A stretch of DNA of 64,000 nucleotides from a virus (IMGVR_UViG_3300031555_004779); one strand, 5' to 3'; positions 22,883 through 30,896 are shown, counted from the stretch's first letter. Notes: generated from the sequence alone by a model not told the origin. Numbers and translations: made by a program.

Positions 22883-23158
22883 ATGACTATGAACTTTAAC
22901 GCCAAGGAAGCCAACAAGACCACCAACGCCACCCGTGAAGCCCAGCAGGAACGTGCCCGCAAGTGTGCAGAAATCCACGTTGAACAGATGATTGAACCCA
23001 TGATTAAAGACGCCGCCAATCGTGGCGAAAATAACGTGGATGTTCATTTCCATAATTCCACCGTCGGTCTGTATGGGAACATCAATGTCATTCTTTGTGA
23101 AAACGGTTTTGAAACTTCTTTCAATCGTGAGCGCACTTGCTTGCACATCAAATGGTAA
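22883..23158 (+). CDS. early protein, hypothetical
   Basis: RBS AAGAGGT. Confidence 0.45.
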   Translation: MTMNFNAKEANKTTNATREAQQERARKCAEIHVEQMIEPMIKDAANRGENNVDVHFHNSTVGLYGNINVILCENGFETSFNRERTCLHIKW

Positions 23159-23182
23159 GCGCTTCGGCGCTTACTTAAAAAA

Positions 23183-23201
23183 CTATATGTTTAACATATA
23201 G
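23183..23201. promoter_or_regulatory. IPR19 palindrome (copy 6)
   Basis: CTATATGTTTAACATATAG. Confidence 0.6.
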
Positions 23202-23285
23202 AAATAATGATTGACGTTTTAGAAAAAATATGATACAATAAGACCATCAAAAAGGGGTTAACCCCAAAAGAAAGGAAGTCCCACC

Positions 23286-23609
23286 ATGAAAAAGATTTTT
23301 GCCCTGATTCTCTCCATCGCTCTTATTCTGTCCTGTGCCTCTGCCTCTGCTCGTACTGCTTTCGATGCCAACCGCGAAAAAATTCATTTCGTCGTACTTG
23401 ATTATGATGATGAAGCAGACGAAACTTTCACCGCCGTTTGGACTTTCAAAACGGTTATCAGCAAGATTGAGAAGGGCGAAAACTTCTTCGAACTTCTCGC
23501 GATGGAATGCGATGGTTTTATCCCTTGCCGTTGGGAAGTTGATGCAAATGGCAATGGCCACATCTATTCCACATTGGATGACCACGAAATCACACCGGAA
23601 ACTTGGTAA
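23286..23609 (+). CDS. secreted or lipoprotein-like early protein (signal peptide with ILSC lipobox)
   Basis: N-terminus MKKIFALILSIALILSCASA. Confidence 0.5.
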   Translation: MKKIFALILSIALILSCASASARTAFDANREKIHFVVLDYDDEADETFTAVWTFKTVISKIEKGENFFELLAMECDGFIPCRWEVDANGNGHIYSTLDDHEITPETW

Positions 23610-23632
23610 AGGGCGAAAGCCCTTTATAAAAA

Positions 23633-23651
23633 CTATATGTTTAACATATAG
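23633..23651. promoter_or_regulatory. IPR19 palindrome (copy 7)
   Basis: CTATATGTTTAACATATAG. Confidence 0.6.
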
Positions 23652-23734
23652 AAATAGGTATTTACTTTTTCCGCATATGGTGCTATAATAAAGACACTCC
23701 AAAGGGAGAATAAAAACATTCGGAGGTCAAGACC

Positions 23735-23971
23735 ATGAAAATCACTATCACTTCTATGATGCTTTGCGAACTGTGCGGCGGCAAGTTTACCTATGAGGCT
23801 TGCGAGGCTCTGTGCGACTGGTTCGAAGAAACAGCTGACCGCGACTTCGCCCCGGCCATCGGCGACATCTGCGTATCTTACAGCGAGCTGAGAGCTGAGG
23901 ATATTGATGAGGATGATGAAGAAAAAATCATTGCTCATTTGAACAATGGCAACGTACTGATTGCGCTTTAA
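23735..23971 (+). CDS. early small Cys-containing acidic protein
   Basis: RBS GGAGGT. Confidence 0.45.
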   Translation: MKITITSMMLCELCGGKFTYEACEALCDWFEETADRDFAPAIGDICVSYSELRAEDIDEDDEEKIIAHLNNGNVLIAL

Positions 23972-23987
23972 GCGCAATCTTACAAAA

Positions 23988-24006
23988 CTATATGTTTAAC
24001 ATATAG
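23988..24006. promoter_or_regulatory. IPR19 palindrome (copy 8)
   Basis: CTATATGTTTAACATATAG. Confidence 0.6.
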
Positions 24007-24076
24007 AATTAAACCTTTACAATTCTAATTTTTCATGCTATAATGAATCATACAAAAAAACAAGGAGGTTCCCACC

Positions 24077-24358
24077 ATGATGACCATCAGCACCACCCAC
24101 GAACACGGCTCCAACAAAGTTTACTACCGCGTAGAAACCCGCAAGGACTGGAAAGAAGCCTATCAGCTGATTCGTTACAAAGCGAATGCAAAAACGCTGA
24201 GCTACATCATCCACAATGGCCTCATCTATCACTGCATCCCGTGGGGCGAAGGAATCTATGAACACGCACAGAACGCGCCGCACAACGAAAAGCACAGCCG
24301 TTGGGCAATCGCACAAAGCACGCGCCGGCTTTACATTTACGATAAAATGGGGTTGTGA
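24077..24358 (+). CDS. early protein, hypothetical
   Basis: RBS AAGGAGG. Confidence 0.45.
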   Translation: MMTISTTHEHGSNKVYYRVETRKDWKEAYQLIRYKANAKTLSYIIHNGLIYHCIPWGEGIYEHAQNAPHNEKHSRWAIAQSTRRLYIYDKMGL

Positions 24359-24376
24359 AAACAACCCCTTAAGTTT

Positions 24377-24395
24377 CTATATGTTAAACATATAG
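24377..24395. promoter_or_regulatory. IPR19 palindrome (copy 9, central A)
   Basis: CTATATGTTAAACATATAG. Confidence 0.6.
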
Positions 24396-24464
24396 TTTTG
24401 TCTATTGACTTTACCAGGTACGCATGTTATAATAAGTCATACCAAAACGAAAGGGGATCCCACC

Positions 24465-24758
24465 ATGACCAACACTATCAACTCCACCACTCTCCGCACC
24501 ATCTACGACAATCTGTCTGCCGAATCTCGTGCCACCATTCTGTTCATCCTTGACATCGAACTTCGTAATAACATCAATGATGAAGAAGTGTTTGAGCGTT
24601 GGCTGCAGTGCGGCGTGCCGGACGGCTGCATGACAGTCAAAAACGTACAGGAATACATGGACACCGAAAACATGACATGGGAAGAATTTGAAGAATATAT
24701 TCTTCTCGCCGCCAGTTGCTTTGAGATGGATAATGAGGAGGAAGAAGAAGATGAATAA
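24465..24758 (+). CDS. early acidic protein
   Basis: The start was taken after RBS GAAAGGGG. The upstream part of the track ORF overlaps the -10 element. Confidence 0.45.
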   Translation: MTNTINSTTLRTIYDNLSAESRATILFILDIELRNNINDEEVFERWLQCGVPDGCMTVKNVQEYMDTENMTWEEFEEYILLAASCFEMDNEEEEEDE

Positions 24759-24879
24759 TCCTTATTGGTTAATCAGGTTCGTTCAGCGCTATGTAAAGGC
24801 CGAAGGTTGGTTTGACATTATCATTCTTCTCGCAGCGTTTGTTGTGGGAATATATGTAATGGTAGTTAGTTTCATCTAA
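24751..24879 (+). CDS. small membrane protein (42 aa), overlapping the upstream gene
   Basis: ATG lies inside GAAGATGAAT. One hydrophobic helix. Confidence 0.35.
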   Translation: MNNPYWLIRFVQRYVKAEGWFDIIILLAAFVVGIYVMVVSFI

Positions 24880-24897
24880 CTACCAATACTATTAAAA

Positions 24898-24916
24898 CTA
24901 TATGTTAAACATATAG
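24898..24916. promoter_or_regulatory. IPR19 palindrome (copy 10)
   Basis: CTATATGTTAAACATATAG. Confidence 0.6.
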
Positions 24917-24984
24917 AATTGATTGTTGACTTTGTAATACTTTTCTGTTATACTTATACCATCAAATGATGGAGGTGCCCCGCC

Positions 24985-25200
24985 ATGATGAATGAGTGTG
25001 AGGTTCGCAACTGTGGTTACTGGTATCAGGACGAGTACGAAGAACGCCCCTCTTGTCACTATAACGACCATCGCTTCCCTGCTCCTTGTGAAGAGGACGA
25101 CAGCTGCGATGATGACTACTGGGACGATTTCGAACCCGACGACATCGACAGCGATGAAGGCTTTGACCCGTATGAAGGTTGCTTTACATTTGACTGTTAA
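24985..25200 (+). CDS. early Cys/Asp-rich small protein
   Basis: RBS GGAGGTG. Confidence 0.45.
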   Translation: MMNECEVRNCGYWYQDEYEERPSCHYNDHRFPAPCEEDDSCDDDYWDDFEPDDIDSDEGFDPYEGCFTFDC

Positions 25201-25224
25201 CCGCCTTTTGGCGGTTCTTTAGAA

Positions 25225-25243
25225 CTATATGTTAAACATATAG
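25225..25243. promoter_or_regulatory. IPR19 palindrome (copy 11)
   Basis: CTATATGTTAAACATATAG. Confidence 0.6.
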
Positions 25244-25252
25244 TTTTCTCTC

Positions 25253-25281
25253 TTGACTTCCTATATAGGGTATGTTATAAT
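25253..25281 (+). promoter_or_regulatory. promoter of the ORF-less cassette
   Basis: TTGACT, 17 nt, TATAAT. Confidence 0.5.
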
Positions 25282-25287
25282 CCTATT

Positions 25288-25460
25288 GTCGAAAGAAAGA
25301 AAGGACGGGTGAGAGCCAATGGGTTAGGCGTACGGCCACTTGATGCTAAGTGGAGCGACGAATACTTGTGCCGCAAGCATCTGCGGGTCACTTCGGGAGC
25401 GGCGACCGAAGCTGGCATATGAGCCGTGCCACCCAGTGTCCGGAAGCTGGGTGATTTTTG
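25288..25460 (+). ncRNA. candidate promoter-driven non-coding RNA (about 170 nt, GC-rich, structured)
   Basis: Full cassette architecture, but no ORF with an RBS. Several 5-6-bp stems. It ends in the hairpin CCCAG..CTGGG followed by TTTTT. Confidence 0.4.
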
Positions 25461-25471
25461 TATGCTGGAAA

Positions 25472-25490
25472 CTATATGTTAAACATATAG
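25472..25490. promoter_or_regulatory. IPR19 palindrome (copy 12)
   Basis: CTATATGTTAAACATATAG. Confidence 0.6.
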
Positions 25491-25557
25491 AATTAAAGAT
25501 TGACATACTTTTTCTTTTGTGATACAATAACATCATCAAAGGAAAGGAGCGACCACC

Positions 25558-25872
25558 ATGACCATCACCATCAGCAAACTCACATTCTCCAACCACTTCT
25601 GCACTGACCGCCGTGACAGATACGAAACCATTCGGCGCGTAGGCTTCGGCCAAATCGTAAAACAACAATGGTACAACGGTTGCTGGCACTGCCTCACCGA
25701 CATGGGCGTTATGCTGGTAGTTGACGAAGCTGGCAATTATTGTATGACCGCTTACTTTGCAGACTGGGTTGAAGTAAACCGTATCTATCAGGGCAACGTG
25801 CCGCGAGCAATGAAGAAACGCATTGACCGCAATATTTCTTATGGATATACGAAAGCGAGGTATAAGGGATAA
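25558..25872 (+). CDS. early protein, hypothetical
   Basis: RBS AAAGGAGCG. Confidence 0.45.
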   Translation: MTITISKLTFSNHFCTDRRDRYETIRRVGFGQIVKQQWYNGCWHCLTDMGVMLVVDEAGNYCMTAYFADWVEVNRIYQGNVPRAMKKRIDRNISYGYTKARYKG

Positions 25873-26039
25873 TGGATTATGGAAAATTTATAGGCACAAC
25901 AAGCGGCGTATCGGGACTTCGCGCCTTACTTTCCAATTATGAAGGAGCAAATTTACGTTTTGCTTCTAATGATTATGGTGATTCTTGTATGGTAGAAATT
26001 TGGTACGATTCGTCTACCAATACCATCACGCTTGCCTAA
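25872..26039 (+). CDS. small protein (55 aa), translationally coupled through a TAATG overlap
   Basis: Hand translation gives MDYGKFIGTTSGVSGLRALLSNYEGANLRFASNDYGDSCMVEIWYDSSTNTITLA. A hairpin follows. Confidence 0.35.
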   Translation: MDYGKFIGTTSGVSGLRALLSNYEGANLRFASNDYGDSCMVEIWYDSSTNTITLA

Positions 26040-26056
26040 TAGGCAAGCAAATAAAA

Positions 26057-26075
26057 CTATATGTTAAACATATAG
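26057..26075. promoter_or_regulatory. IPR19 palindrome (copy 13)
   Basis: CTATATGTTAAACATATAG. Confidence 0.6.
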
Positions 26076-26172
26076 TTTTCTTTTGAATTTGTTGTTGACT
26101 TCTTCCCAATATGTGATATAATAAGATTGTCCAAAGGGACAAGAAATAAAAAACAGAAAGAGGTTATCAACT

Positions 26173-26598
26173 ATGGCAAAACTCAGCAAGCAGGTTAAGG
26201 ATTACATGTGGAGCAAGGTTCGTGAACGCATGGATGCGGTGCTCGCCCCGCTGAATGAACAGGTGAAAGCTGAAGAAGAGCACATCAGTGAAGTTCTGAC
26301 CACAGCAAAGGAAAAAGCCAATGAACTGTTTCAGTCCATTCTGAAAGCTGAATTCCCTGAACAGTGGAAGGAACTGGAAGAGAAGTGCACCAGCGATTAC
26401 TACACCCGTCTGCCCCGTGCTACTACCAGTGATACCCACATGATTCATTCCCTTGCTCGCCCCGAGCGCGACAAGAAGAAGAAAGAAATGGAAGAATATG
26501 CCAACAAGTTCATGAATGAACTGTTCATGGATGTTGAACTCGGCGCTGTCAAGAAAGATGAAATTCTGAACGCGCTTTCCAAGTTGGAGTTGGGCTAA
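26173..26598 (+). CDS. early protein, hypothetical (coiled-coil)
   Basis: RBS AAAGAGGT. Confidence 0.5.
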   Translation: MAKLSKQVKDYMWSKVRERMDAVLAPLNEQVKAEEEHISEVLTTAKEKANELFQSILKAEFPEQWKELEEKCTSDYYTRLPRATTSDTHMIHSLARPERDKKKKEMEEYANKFMNELFMDVELGAVKKDEILNALSKLELG

Positions 26599-26623
26599 TG
26601 CCCAATTCCTTTTTATAGTAAAA

Positions 26624-26642
26624 CTATATGTTAAACATATAG
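26624..26642. promoter_or_regulatory. IPR19 palindrome (copy 14)
   Basis: CTATATGTTAAACATATAG. Confidence 0.6.
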
Positions 26643-26727
26643 AAATAAAGGTTGACTCTATATTTAAAAGGTGATATAATAAAGACGTTCCAAAGGGGAC
26701 AAAGAATAAAAGAAAGAAGGTTATCCC

Positions 26728-27321
26728 ATGTATTTCAAGACTTACAAGCCCGCCACCCTCGCTGACAACTCCGCTCGTGCCCGTGCCGCTCACATCCTCA
26801 ACGCCGTTGCTCGCCACACCAATGTGTTTGACCCTTCCTTTGAAGATTACGCAGATTATATCTACGAAAAGAAGTTGACTTTCCGCGACCGCGCCCTCAT
26901 CATCGGCGAAGAAGAACGCTGGCTGGAAGAGCTGAAAGTTGAATGGGACAACCTCATGGAGCTTGTCAAAGAATCCAAGAAGCCCACTTGCGCCACCAAG
27001 GGTCATTTCGCTTATTTCCTCATTTTCAATGATGGTTTTGTGAAGAACGGCGAAACCAACAATATTGCTTCTCGCTATTCTCAGTTGAGCAGTGAGCACG
27101 ATGGTATCAATCACATGTGGTACATTGAACTCAACAACGAAGAAGAGCGCAAACTCGCTCAGCATGCCGTTCACAATGTGTTTGACCATTCCCGCGCCAT
27201 GAATCGCGCCATGGGCAAACAGGATTATTATCAGAGCGAACTTGAAACCGCGAATCGTTTCATGACTACCCATAAGGGACAAATCTGGCGCGCTATCATG
27301 GACGCAATCGGGGAGGAGTAA
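26728..27321 (+). CDS. early protein, hypothetical (197 aa)
   Basis: RBS AAGAAGGT. The hairpin GGGGAGGAGTAATCCTCCCC follows. Confidence 0.5.
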   Translation: MYFKTYKPATLADNSARARAAHILNAVARHTNVFDPSFEDYADYIYEKKLTFRDRALIIGEEERWLEELKVEWDNLMELVKESKKPTCATKGHFAYFLIFNDGFVKNGETNNIASRYSQLSSEHDGINHMWYIELNNEEERKLAQHAVHNVFDHSRAMNRAMGKQDYYQSELETANRFMTTHKGQIWRAIMDAIGEE

Positions 27322-27337
27322 TCCTCCCCTTATAAAA

Positions 27338-27356
27338 CTATATGTTAAACATATAG
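27338..27356. promoter_or_regulatory. IPR19 palindrome (copy 15)
   Basis: CTATATGTTAAACATATAG. Confidence 0.6.
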
Positions 27357-27422
27357 AATCTTTTCTTGACTTCTTAACAATTTTCTGATACAATATAACC
27401 ATCAACAAAGGAGGTTGAACCC

Positions 27423-27554
27423 ATGAACCGTTACGAAGTCTTTGAACACATCACTAACAAACACATCTGCGTACTGCTTGCCACCAACTATGCCGAAGCA
27501 TGGAGTATCGCAGAATCTCACGGATGGTATCCCAATAATTATTATATTGTGTAA
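27423..27554 (+). CDS. small protein (43 aa)
   Basis: RBS AAAGGAGGT. Confidence 0.4.
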   Translation: MNRYEVFEHITNKHICVLLATNYAEAWSIAESHGWYPNNYYIV

Positions 27555-27567
27555 GGAGCTGAGAAAC

Positions 27568-27978
27568 ATGGAAGAACTTATTGGCTTAAGCGTTATCCTT
27601 GGTATATTTGTTGTGGCTGGCCTTATCGGCTGGGGCGCGAGCGCTTTGTATAATATTTACTGGAAATATCGTGTCAAAAAGAACCGCATCAATCATCCTA
27701 AACTGATTGAACTTCAAAAAGAACGCGAAAAAATGTGCGAAGAATACAATCAATGGTGGGATGAAAGACATGAAGCAAAAAAGCGTATTGACAAATACAT
27801 GGAAGAAATCAAATACCATGAAGAAGATGTAACCAAAAGTTTTTTGGAAGCAATCAAACAAGAACAGCAAATTTATTCCAACGCCGACAAACACATGAAA
27901 GAACTTTCTCCCTTGGTTGATGCCGCACGTGAAGCAGAGCAAACATACCGCGAAGAACATAACATCCGCCACTGGTAA
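27568..27978 (+). CDS. membrane-anchored coiled-coil protein
   Basis: N-terminal transmembrane helix LSVILGIFVVAGLIGWGASALY, then a charged helical region. Confidence 0.45.
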   Translation: MEELIGLSVILGIFVVAGLIGWGASALYNIYWKYRVKKNRINHPKLIELQKEREKMCEEYNQWWDERHEAKKRIDKYMEEIKYHEEDVTKSFLEAIKQEQQIYSNADKHMKELSPLVDAAREAEQTYREEHNIRHW

Positions 27979-28000
27979 TTTTTACCAGTGGTTCCAAAAA

Positions 28001-28019
28001 CTATATGTTTAACATATAG
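28001..28019. promoter_or_regulatory. IPR19 palindrome (copy 16)
   Basis: CTATATGTTTAACATATAG. Confidence 0.6.
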
Positions 28020-28090
28020 AAATAAATTTGACATTTACAAAATTTTTTGATACAATAAATATACTCCAAAAGGAAAGGAAGGAAACCACC

Positions 28091-28276
28091 ATGACGAACT
28101 TTGAACGCGAAGAAAACCGAATCACTTTTGAATCTCAGAACGCACAGCGCTATGCTATGGCGCAGGTTGAGTGTGGTGCTTGGGATGCTGACTATGCGGA
28201 AGCATGGCTGTCCAATCGTCTTCAGCATCTGCAAGCTGAATGGAATGAACTGCATGACGAGCTGAAAGGAGAATAA
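28091..28276 (+). CDS. early small protein
   Basis: RBS AAGGAAGGAAACC. Confidence 0.45.
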   Translation: MTNFEREENRITFESQNAQRYAMAQVECGAWDADYAEAWLSNRLQHLQAEWNELHDELKGE

Positions 28277-28278
28277 GT

Positions 28279-28437
28279 ATGCCACTTATTACGCTTTTCC
28301 TCTCTATTATTTTTGGCGTGGTTGCTTTTGGTCTTATACTTTGCGCCACTGAAGATAACTATTGGTATTGGGTTCCCGCGGTATGCTTTGGCTTTTGGGC
28401 AGTTGTAGGATTTTTGAAATTCCTTGCAATGTGTTAA
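28279..28437 (+). CDS. small membrane protein (52 aa)
   Basis: Two hydrophobic helices. Its stop codon lies inside the second palindromic motif. Confidence 0.4.
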   Translation: MPLITLFLSIIFGVVAFGLILCATEDNYWYWVPAVCFGFWAVVGFLKFLAMC

Positions 28438-28448
28438 AATTTTAACAA
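28431..28448. promoter_or_regulatory. second palindromic motif, copy 1 (TGTTAAAATTTTAACA)
   Basis: Perfect 8-bp arms, upstream of the -35 of gene 28522. Confidence 0.5.
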
Positions 28449-28521
28449 TGTAAAATTTTTCCATCCGCTTGACAAATGTGTCCATCTATGATATAATATA
28501 TATGTAAGGAGTGATGATGAT

Positions 28522-28716
28522 ATGGAAACTCGCAACTATTATGTGCCTCGTTCTCATTATGCCAAGATGGTTATTGACCGCATTGTGTGTCTTGTGCCGT
28601 GTTGCGTGCCGAACATCGTGCCGAAAGATTACGATTGTTTAGTTGTATCCTTCACTTGTCATCCTCGTTATTATTCTATCGTAGAAACGGTACTCAAACA
28701 GGAAGGTTGGCTTTAA
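28522..28716 (+). CDS. early Cys-rich small protein
   Basis: RBS AAGGAGTG. Confidence 0.45.
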   Translation: METRNYYVPRSHYAKMVIDRIVCLVPCCVPNIVPKDYDCLVVSFTCHPRYYSIVETVLKQEGWL

Positions 28717-28734
28717 TCGGCCAACCGACCTAAA

Positions 28735-28753
28735 CTATATGTTAAACATATAG
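28735..28753. promoter_or_regulatory. IPR19 palindrome (copy 17)
   Basis: CTATATGTTAAACATATAG. Confidence 0.6.
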
Positions 28754-28833
28754 TATTTCATTTTCAAAAAGGATTGACAAAATCCTATTTCCATGTTAGA
28801 ATAAACCATCCCAAAACGAAAGGCGGTTATCTT

Positions 28834-29289
28834 ATGAAACTGACTGTAATCCTCGACATGGACGGCACAATTGCTGACCTCTACAAGGTGGAAAACTGGC
28901 TCGGCAAACTTCGCAACTTTGACCCTTCTCCCTACATTGAAGCATCTTTGATGGTGGCTGGTATCGCAGAAGCTGTCAAGGCAATTCGTGAAGCAGGCGC
29001 GGAAGTTAAGGTTGTAAGCTGGCTGAGCAAAGAAACCAATTCTGACTTTGACAAGCTCGTGCGCAAGGCCAAGCGTGATTGGCTTGCTGAACAGGGCATT
29101 GAGGTTGACAGCGTGCGTTGTGTCCCCTATGGCACACAGAAAGCATACTATCGCAATCCCGAAAACATCAACATTCTGTTTGATGATAATGCCGAAGTGC
29201 GTGAAAGTTTTGAAGGATTCAACAACTGTTTCGCCCTTGACCCCACCGAAAACAACATTGCAGAAGTGTTGAAGGAACTGATGGCGTAA
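28834..29289 (+). CDS. HAD-superfamily 5'(3')-deoxyribonucleotidase-like protein
   Basis: N-terminal DxDGT motif (ILDMDGTIADL) typical of the NT5C-type phosphatase family. The start was taken after AAAGGCGG because the promoter lies inside the longer track ORF. Confidence 0.5.
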   Translation: MKLTVILDMDGTIADLYKVENWLGKLRNFDPSPYIEASLMVAGIAEAVKAIREAGAEVKVVSWLSKETNSDFDKLVRKAKRDWLAEQGIEVDSVRCVPYGTQKAYYRNPENINILFDDNAEVRESFEGFNNCFALDPTENNIAEVLKELMA

Positions 29290-29305
29290 GCCATCAGTTA
29301 TAGAA

Positions 29306-29324
29306 CTATATGTTTAACATATAG
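29306..29324. promoter_or_regulatory. IPR19 palindrome (copy 18)
   Basis: CTATATGTTTAACATATAG. Confidence 0.6.
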
Positions 29325-29337
29325 AAATATTGGGCAC

Positions 29338-29355
29338 TTGTTAAAAACTTAACAA
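29338..29355. promoter_or_regulatory. second palindromic motif, copy 2 (TTGTTAAAAACTTAACAA)
   Basis: TTGTTAA-N4-TTAACAA, sitting between the IPR19 copy and the promoter. Confidence 0.5.
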
Positions 29356-29430
29356 ACTTTATGCTTGACACAATAACCAAAGTGTGATACAATCATAGTG
29401 TCCTAAAAAGGACAGAAAGGAATTGATACC

Positions 29431-29832
29431 ATGCCTAAGAAAACCGTATCGCAGATGCGAACCGAAACCCGTGATAACTTCATGAAAGAAGTTATGGAAC
29501 TCCTGCAAATCCACAAAGGGGATGACACCTTACCTTATAAGGGCAACGCATTCTCCGTCCCTCGCACCCTTGAAAACGGTGATGAAATCTATGTACAATT
29601 AACCATCAGCATTCCTACTGGCACCCGTGATGGCAAGCAGTTTGACGGTTATGAAGAGCATGAAAATTACATGCTTGAACAGGAAGAAAAGCGAATCGCC
29701 GCCGAAGAACGAGCCGCCGAAAAGGCAAAGCAGACCGCAGAGCGCAAGGCAAAGCAGGAAGCCGCACGCAAGAAGCGCGAAGAAGCCGAAGCCGCGAAGA
29801 AAGCACGAAGGGAGGAAAAGGCGGTGGAGTAA
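29431..29832 (+). CDS. early protein with a K/E/A-rich charged C-terminal helix
   Basis: RBS AAAGGAATTG. Confidence 0.45.
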   Translation: MPKKTVSQMRTETRDNFMKEVMELLQIHKGDDTLPYKGNAFSVPRTLENGDEIYVQLTISIPTGTRDGKQFDGYEEHENYMLEQEEKRIAAEERAAEKAKQTAERKAKQEAARKKREEAEAAKKARREEKAVE

Positions 29833-29853
29833 TCCACCGCCCCACAATCCCAC

Positions 29854-30084
29854 ATGAAATACTACAAAGTATTGTGCGAACGTGCGCATGTGGGTAAAGG
29901 CCGAACAGCTTACATAACGTTCTATTATGAAGCAGAAAACGCTTTACACGCAATGAACAAAGCAAAATGCCAACGCGGAACGAAGCGAAGCAAACTTCCG
30001 TTAGGTTGTCAAGAAGTATCCAAAGAGGAATATTTGGAAAACATTTCCACTTCTGCTTATGTACGAGCAGGTGTGCGCGATTGA
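29854..30084 (+). CDS. small basic protein
   Basis: Follows the upstream gene with no strong RBS. The hairpin GTGCGCGATTGAGCGCAC follows. Confidence 0.35.
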   Translation: MKYYKVLCERAHVGKGRTAYITFYYEAENALHAMNKAKCQRGTKRSKLPLGCQEVSKEEYLENISTSAYVRAGVRD

Positions 30085-30100
30085 GCGCACATCTTTGAAA

Positions 30101-30119
30101 CTATATGTTTAACATATAG
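30101..30119. promoter_or_regulatory. IPR19 palindrome (copy 19)
   Basis: CTATATGTTTAACATATAG. Confidence 0.6.
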
Positions 30120-30194
30120 AAATAAAGTTTGACAAACACAAAAATTTGTGATATTATATATACGTTCCTAAGGGAGCAGAAAGGAAGTAAGAAT

Positions 30195-30401
30195 ATGTGG
30201 ATTGGCGAAAAACGTCCGATGCGAAAATGGTATTTCACTCAGGTTTGGATAGAATGGAAGGAAAAGCCCGAAGATGAACTTTCTTTGTCTCTCATCCCCT
30301 TGCGCGCCTACCTCGATGGCGTTCTCGCTCGTTGGTTTAATCCTGATTTTACCTTTCAATTCAAGCTTGTTCCTCCATGGAAGATTCAGTTTACTGAATA
30401 A
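30195..30401 (+). CDS. early small protein
   Basis: RBS GAAAGGAAGT. The hairpin GTAGGCGTAAGCCTAC follows. Confidence 0.45.
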   Translation: MWIGEKRPMRKWYFTQVWIEWKEKPEDELSLSLIPLRAYLDGVLARWFNPDFTFQFKLVPPWKIQFTE

Positions 30402-30420
30402 GTAGGCGTAAGCCTACCGT

Positions 30421-30497
30421 GGGCAGTTGGCGCAATCGGTTAGCGCGGCAGTCTCATAAACTGTTGGTTCTGGGTTCAAGTCCCTGACTGCCCACCA
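30421..30497 (+). tRNA. tRNA-Met (or Ile2), anticodon CAT
   Basis: Acceptor GGGCAGT/ACTGCCC. Anticodon loop CTCATAA. T-arm GGTTCAAGTCC. Encoded CCA. Confidence 0.75.
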
Positions 30498-30519
30498 AAA
30501 ATTTTCTTCAAAAAAAGTA

Positions 30520-30548
30520 TTGACAAACTAAAAAGTTTGTGATACAAT
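30520..30548 (+). promoter_or_regulatory. promoter for the Leu/Lys tRNA pair
   Basis: TTGACA, 17 nt, extended -10 TGTGATACAAT. Confidence 0.5.
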
Positions 30549-30639
30549 ATGATTGTAAGGTTGAGGAAAGGAAATGCCTTATGAAGCATGACTTGCTCTG
30601 CTTCGGCGGTATCGTGAAAAACTCCGAGCCGCCAATTAT

Positions 30640-30723
30640 GCGGGTGTGGTGGAATAGGCAGACACAGGAGACTTAAAATCTCCCGCTTCGTGCGTGCCGG
30701 TTCGAGTCCGGCCATCCGCACCA
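30640..30723 (+). tRNA. tRNA-Leu, anticodon TAA (type II, long variable arm)
   Basis: Acceptor GCGGGTG/CATCCGC. Anticodon stem GGAGA/TCTCC with loop CTTAAAA. T-arm CCGGTTCGAGTCCGG. Encoded CCA. Confidence 0.7.
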
Positions 30724-30794
30724 TTCTGCTTATGCAGATGTATCTGTCAAGGCGACGTAGCACCTCACGACCCGGCGTGTAATCCGGGACAAAC

Positions 30795-30870
30795 GCGCCA
30801 TTAGCTCAGGTGGTAGAGCACGTGACTTTTAATCACGGTGTCCGGGGTTCGAGTCCCCGATGGCGCACCA
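30795..30870 (+). tRNA. tRNA-Lys, anticodon TTT
   Basis: Acceptor GCGCCAT/ATGGCGC. Anticodon stem CGTGA/TCACG with loop CTTTTAA. T-arm GGGGTTCGAGTCCCC. Encoded CCA. Confidence 0.75.
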
Positions 30871-30877
30871 AATTAAA

Positions 30878-30896
30878 CTATATGTTTAACATATAG
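30878..30896. promoter_or_regulatory. IPR19 palindrome (copy 20)
   Basis: CTATATGTTTAACATATAG. Confidence 0.6.

Noticed and set aside
25340-25522. 60-aa ORF inside the ORF-less cassette
   Set aside because: It has no Shine-Dalgarno sequence, whereas every real gene here has GGAGG-like sites. It reads straight through the terminator hairpin, the next palindrome and the next promoter.
26167-27408. 413-aa minus-strand ORF spanning several cassettes
   Set aside because: It runs antisense through two well-supported plus-strand genes and through palindromes, promoters and hairpins. It is open only because the plus-strand genes avoid the codons whose complements are stops. It has no ribosome-binding site and no promoter.
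28774-28833. Longer N-terminus (MTKSYFHVRINHPKTKGGYL..) for the HAD nucleotidase, and similar upstream extensions at 21990, 24405, 22261, 22530 and 33781
   Set aside because: The extensions overlap the cassette -10 and -35 elements and precede the GGAGG ribosome-binding site. The internal ATG after the ribosome-binding site gives the conventional geometry.
30640-30723. tRNA with anticodon-loop CTTAAAA considered as the missing nonsense suppressor
   Set aside because: Anticodon UAA pairs with UUA/UUG (Leu), not with UAG or UAA stop codons. A suppressor would need CUA or UUA read 5' to 3' at positions 34-36 in the other orientation. The type-II long variable arm fits Leu.
30476-30763. 95-aa minus-strand ORF across the tRNA cluster
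   Set aside because: It overlaps two confidently folded tRNAs and their promoter and has no ribosome-binding site.
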